The notes under the pieces: generated by a model
Seen by the model: only the letters and a program-made list of their open reading frames with translations
The model's database searches: none
Told to the model about the DNA's origin: nothing
Made by a program: the position numbers and the translations under genes
Shown: positions 62,716-64,000 of the stretch, in pieces
Layout of the letters: each line of letters begins with the position of its first letter
How positions within the stretch are numbered: the first letter of the stretch is position 1
NCBI RefSeq assembly: GCF_963921235.1
Contig: NC_086097.1
Span: 234,362,001-234,426,000, forward strand
Direction: 5' to 3'
Length of the DNA stretch: 64,000 nucleotides
DNA from: Mobula hypostoma
Lineage: Eukaryota

Positions 62716-64000
62716 TTTCTGAGATACTCCACTGGGTGATTTTACTTGGAGCTTATGCTGCGAATGCACGCAAACACAAGTAATGTCAGTGTGGTGCAGT
62801 TAGTCTACTGAGGTTGCAGTGAGTTTGGTTCTGAGGTGGAGGTGTCGCGGATTAACCTGTTTCCCACTGGGCGGTTACCTCCTCTGCAGCAGGATGCTAC
62901 TTATAGATGAGGTGCAACATTAATGTGAAGGGCTGACTGATAATGCAGACTTGATAATATTATCTAAAATGAGGCCTGCTGTTAAGATCATCTTTCTGTC
63001 ATTTCAGGCAAAGTTCACGTCATCATTGAGCACGCTTACATGGAGCACATCAGAAGAAAGCAAAAAAGCAGCTCCTGTAATTAAATACTGCACCCCCTCC
63101 CAACCATCCAGGCTATGCTTTCTTCTTACTATTACCATCCGGAAGGGGGTACGGAAGCGCAAGGTCCCATACCATCTGGTTCAGTTATAACCCTGTCACC
63201 ATCAGGCTCGAGAACCAGTGTGGATAACTTCACCTCGCTATAACTCTGAGCTGATTCTATAACCTGCATTCTCAATTTCAACAACTCTTTACAATTCATA
63301 TTCTTAGTATTTTTTTCATTTATTTACACAACCTGTTTTCTTTTGCACATTGGTTATCTGTCAGATTTTGTATATGTATATTTATTCATAAATTCTGTTG
63401 TATTTCTTATATTCCTGGAAATGCCTGCAACAAAATGAATCTAAGATAATATATGGTAACGCACATGGACTTTGATAATAAATTTAACTTTGACTTTTAC
63501 TTTGATCATGTAACAAGTGTCAACTGAGGGAAACATTTGTGCATACAGAGATGCAACAGATTTCTTTTTGATTTTCAGTCAATGGCACTTAGTGTTTATA
63601 GGGGGTGTGTTTAGTGCATGATACTGCTACCTGCATTTCTCCTAGAGTTAGTCAAAAGTTCAAAGGTTAAAGTAAATTTATTATCAAAGAACTTACTGTA
63701 TATGTCACTATATACTACCCGGAGATTAGTTTTCTTGTGTGCATTCAAAGTGCAAAAAAAATAGAATCAATAAAAAAACACACACAACTAGGACAAACAA
63801 ATAAACAATGTGCAATATAAATAAGTAATTAAGCAATGATTTGTGGAAACAGCTTAGTGTTGGGATGAGTAGTTATCCCCTATGGTTCAACAGCCTGATG
63901 TTTGAGGGGAAATAACTGTTCCTGAACTGGGTTGTGTGCGACCTGAGGCTCCTGTACCTTTTTCCTGATGCCGGCAGTAAGAAGAGAGCATTGTTTGGAT

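Overview
This is eukaryotic vertebrate DNA that is almost entirely interspersed repeat. The mix of CR1 LINEs, V-SINE-type SINEs, Rex1/Babar 3' ends and Penelope-like fragments suggests a cartilaginous fish (ray or shark), which is an inference. I found no host protein-coding exon, so the window looks intronic or intergenic, and most short ORFs in the track are antisense shadows or noise. The standout is a complete, very young 4,991-bp LTR retrotransposon at 31258-36248 (minus strand). It has 856-bp LTRs differing at about 3 positions, an ATTG target-site duplication, a tRNA-Pro-like PBS and a PPT. It encodes a Gmr1-type Gag (SCAN-like capsid, CCHC knuckle) plus protease, followed by a heavily deleted but still mostly in-frame IN-RT-RNaseH relic, so it is probably a recently mobile non-autonomous Gag-PR element. 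A second layer invisible to the ORF track is about nine minimal type-I hammerhead ribozyme motifs carried by Penelope-derived repeats, one of which shows a twin-priming-like 5' inversion. Also present are young and old CR1 copies, an L1/Tx1 3' end, a decayed Gypsy, two inverted 234-bp solo LTRs, tRNA-derived SINEs and nested DNA-transposon MITEs. Boundaries of old repeats are approximate, and all identities were read by eye rather than computed.
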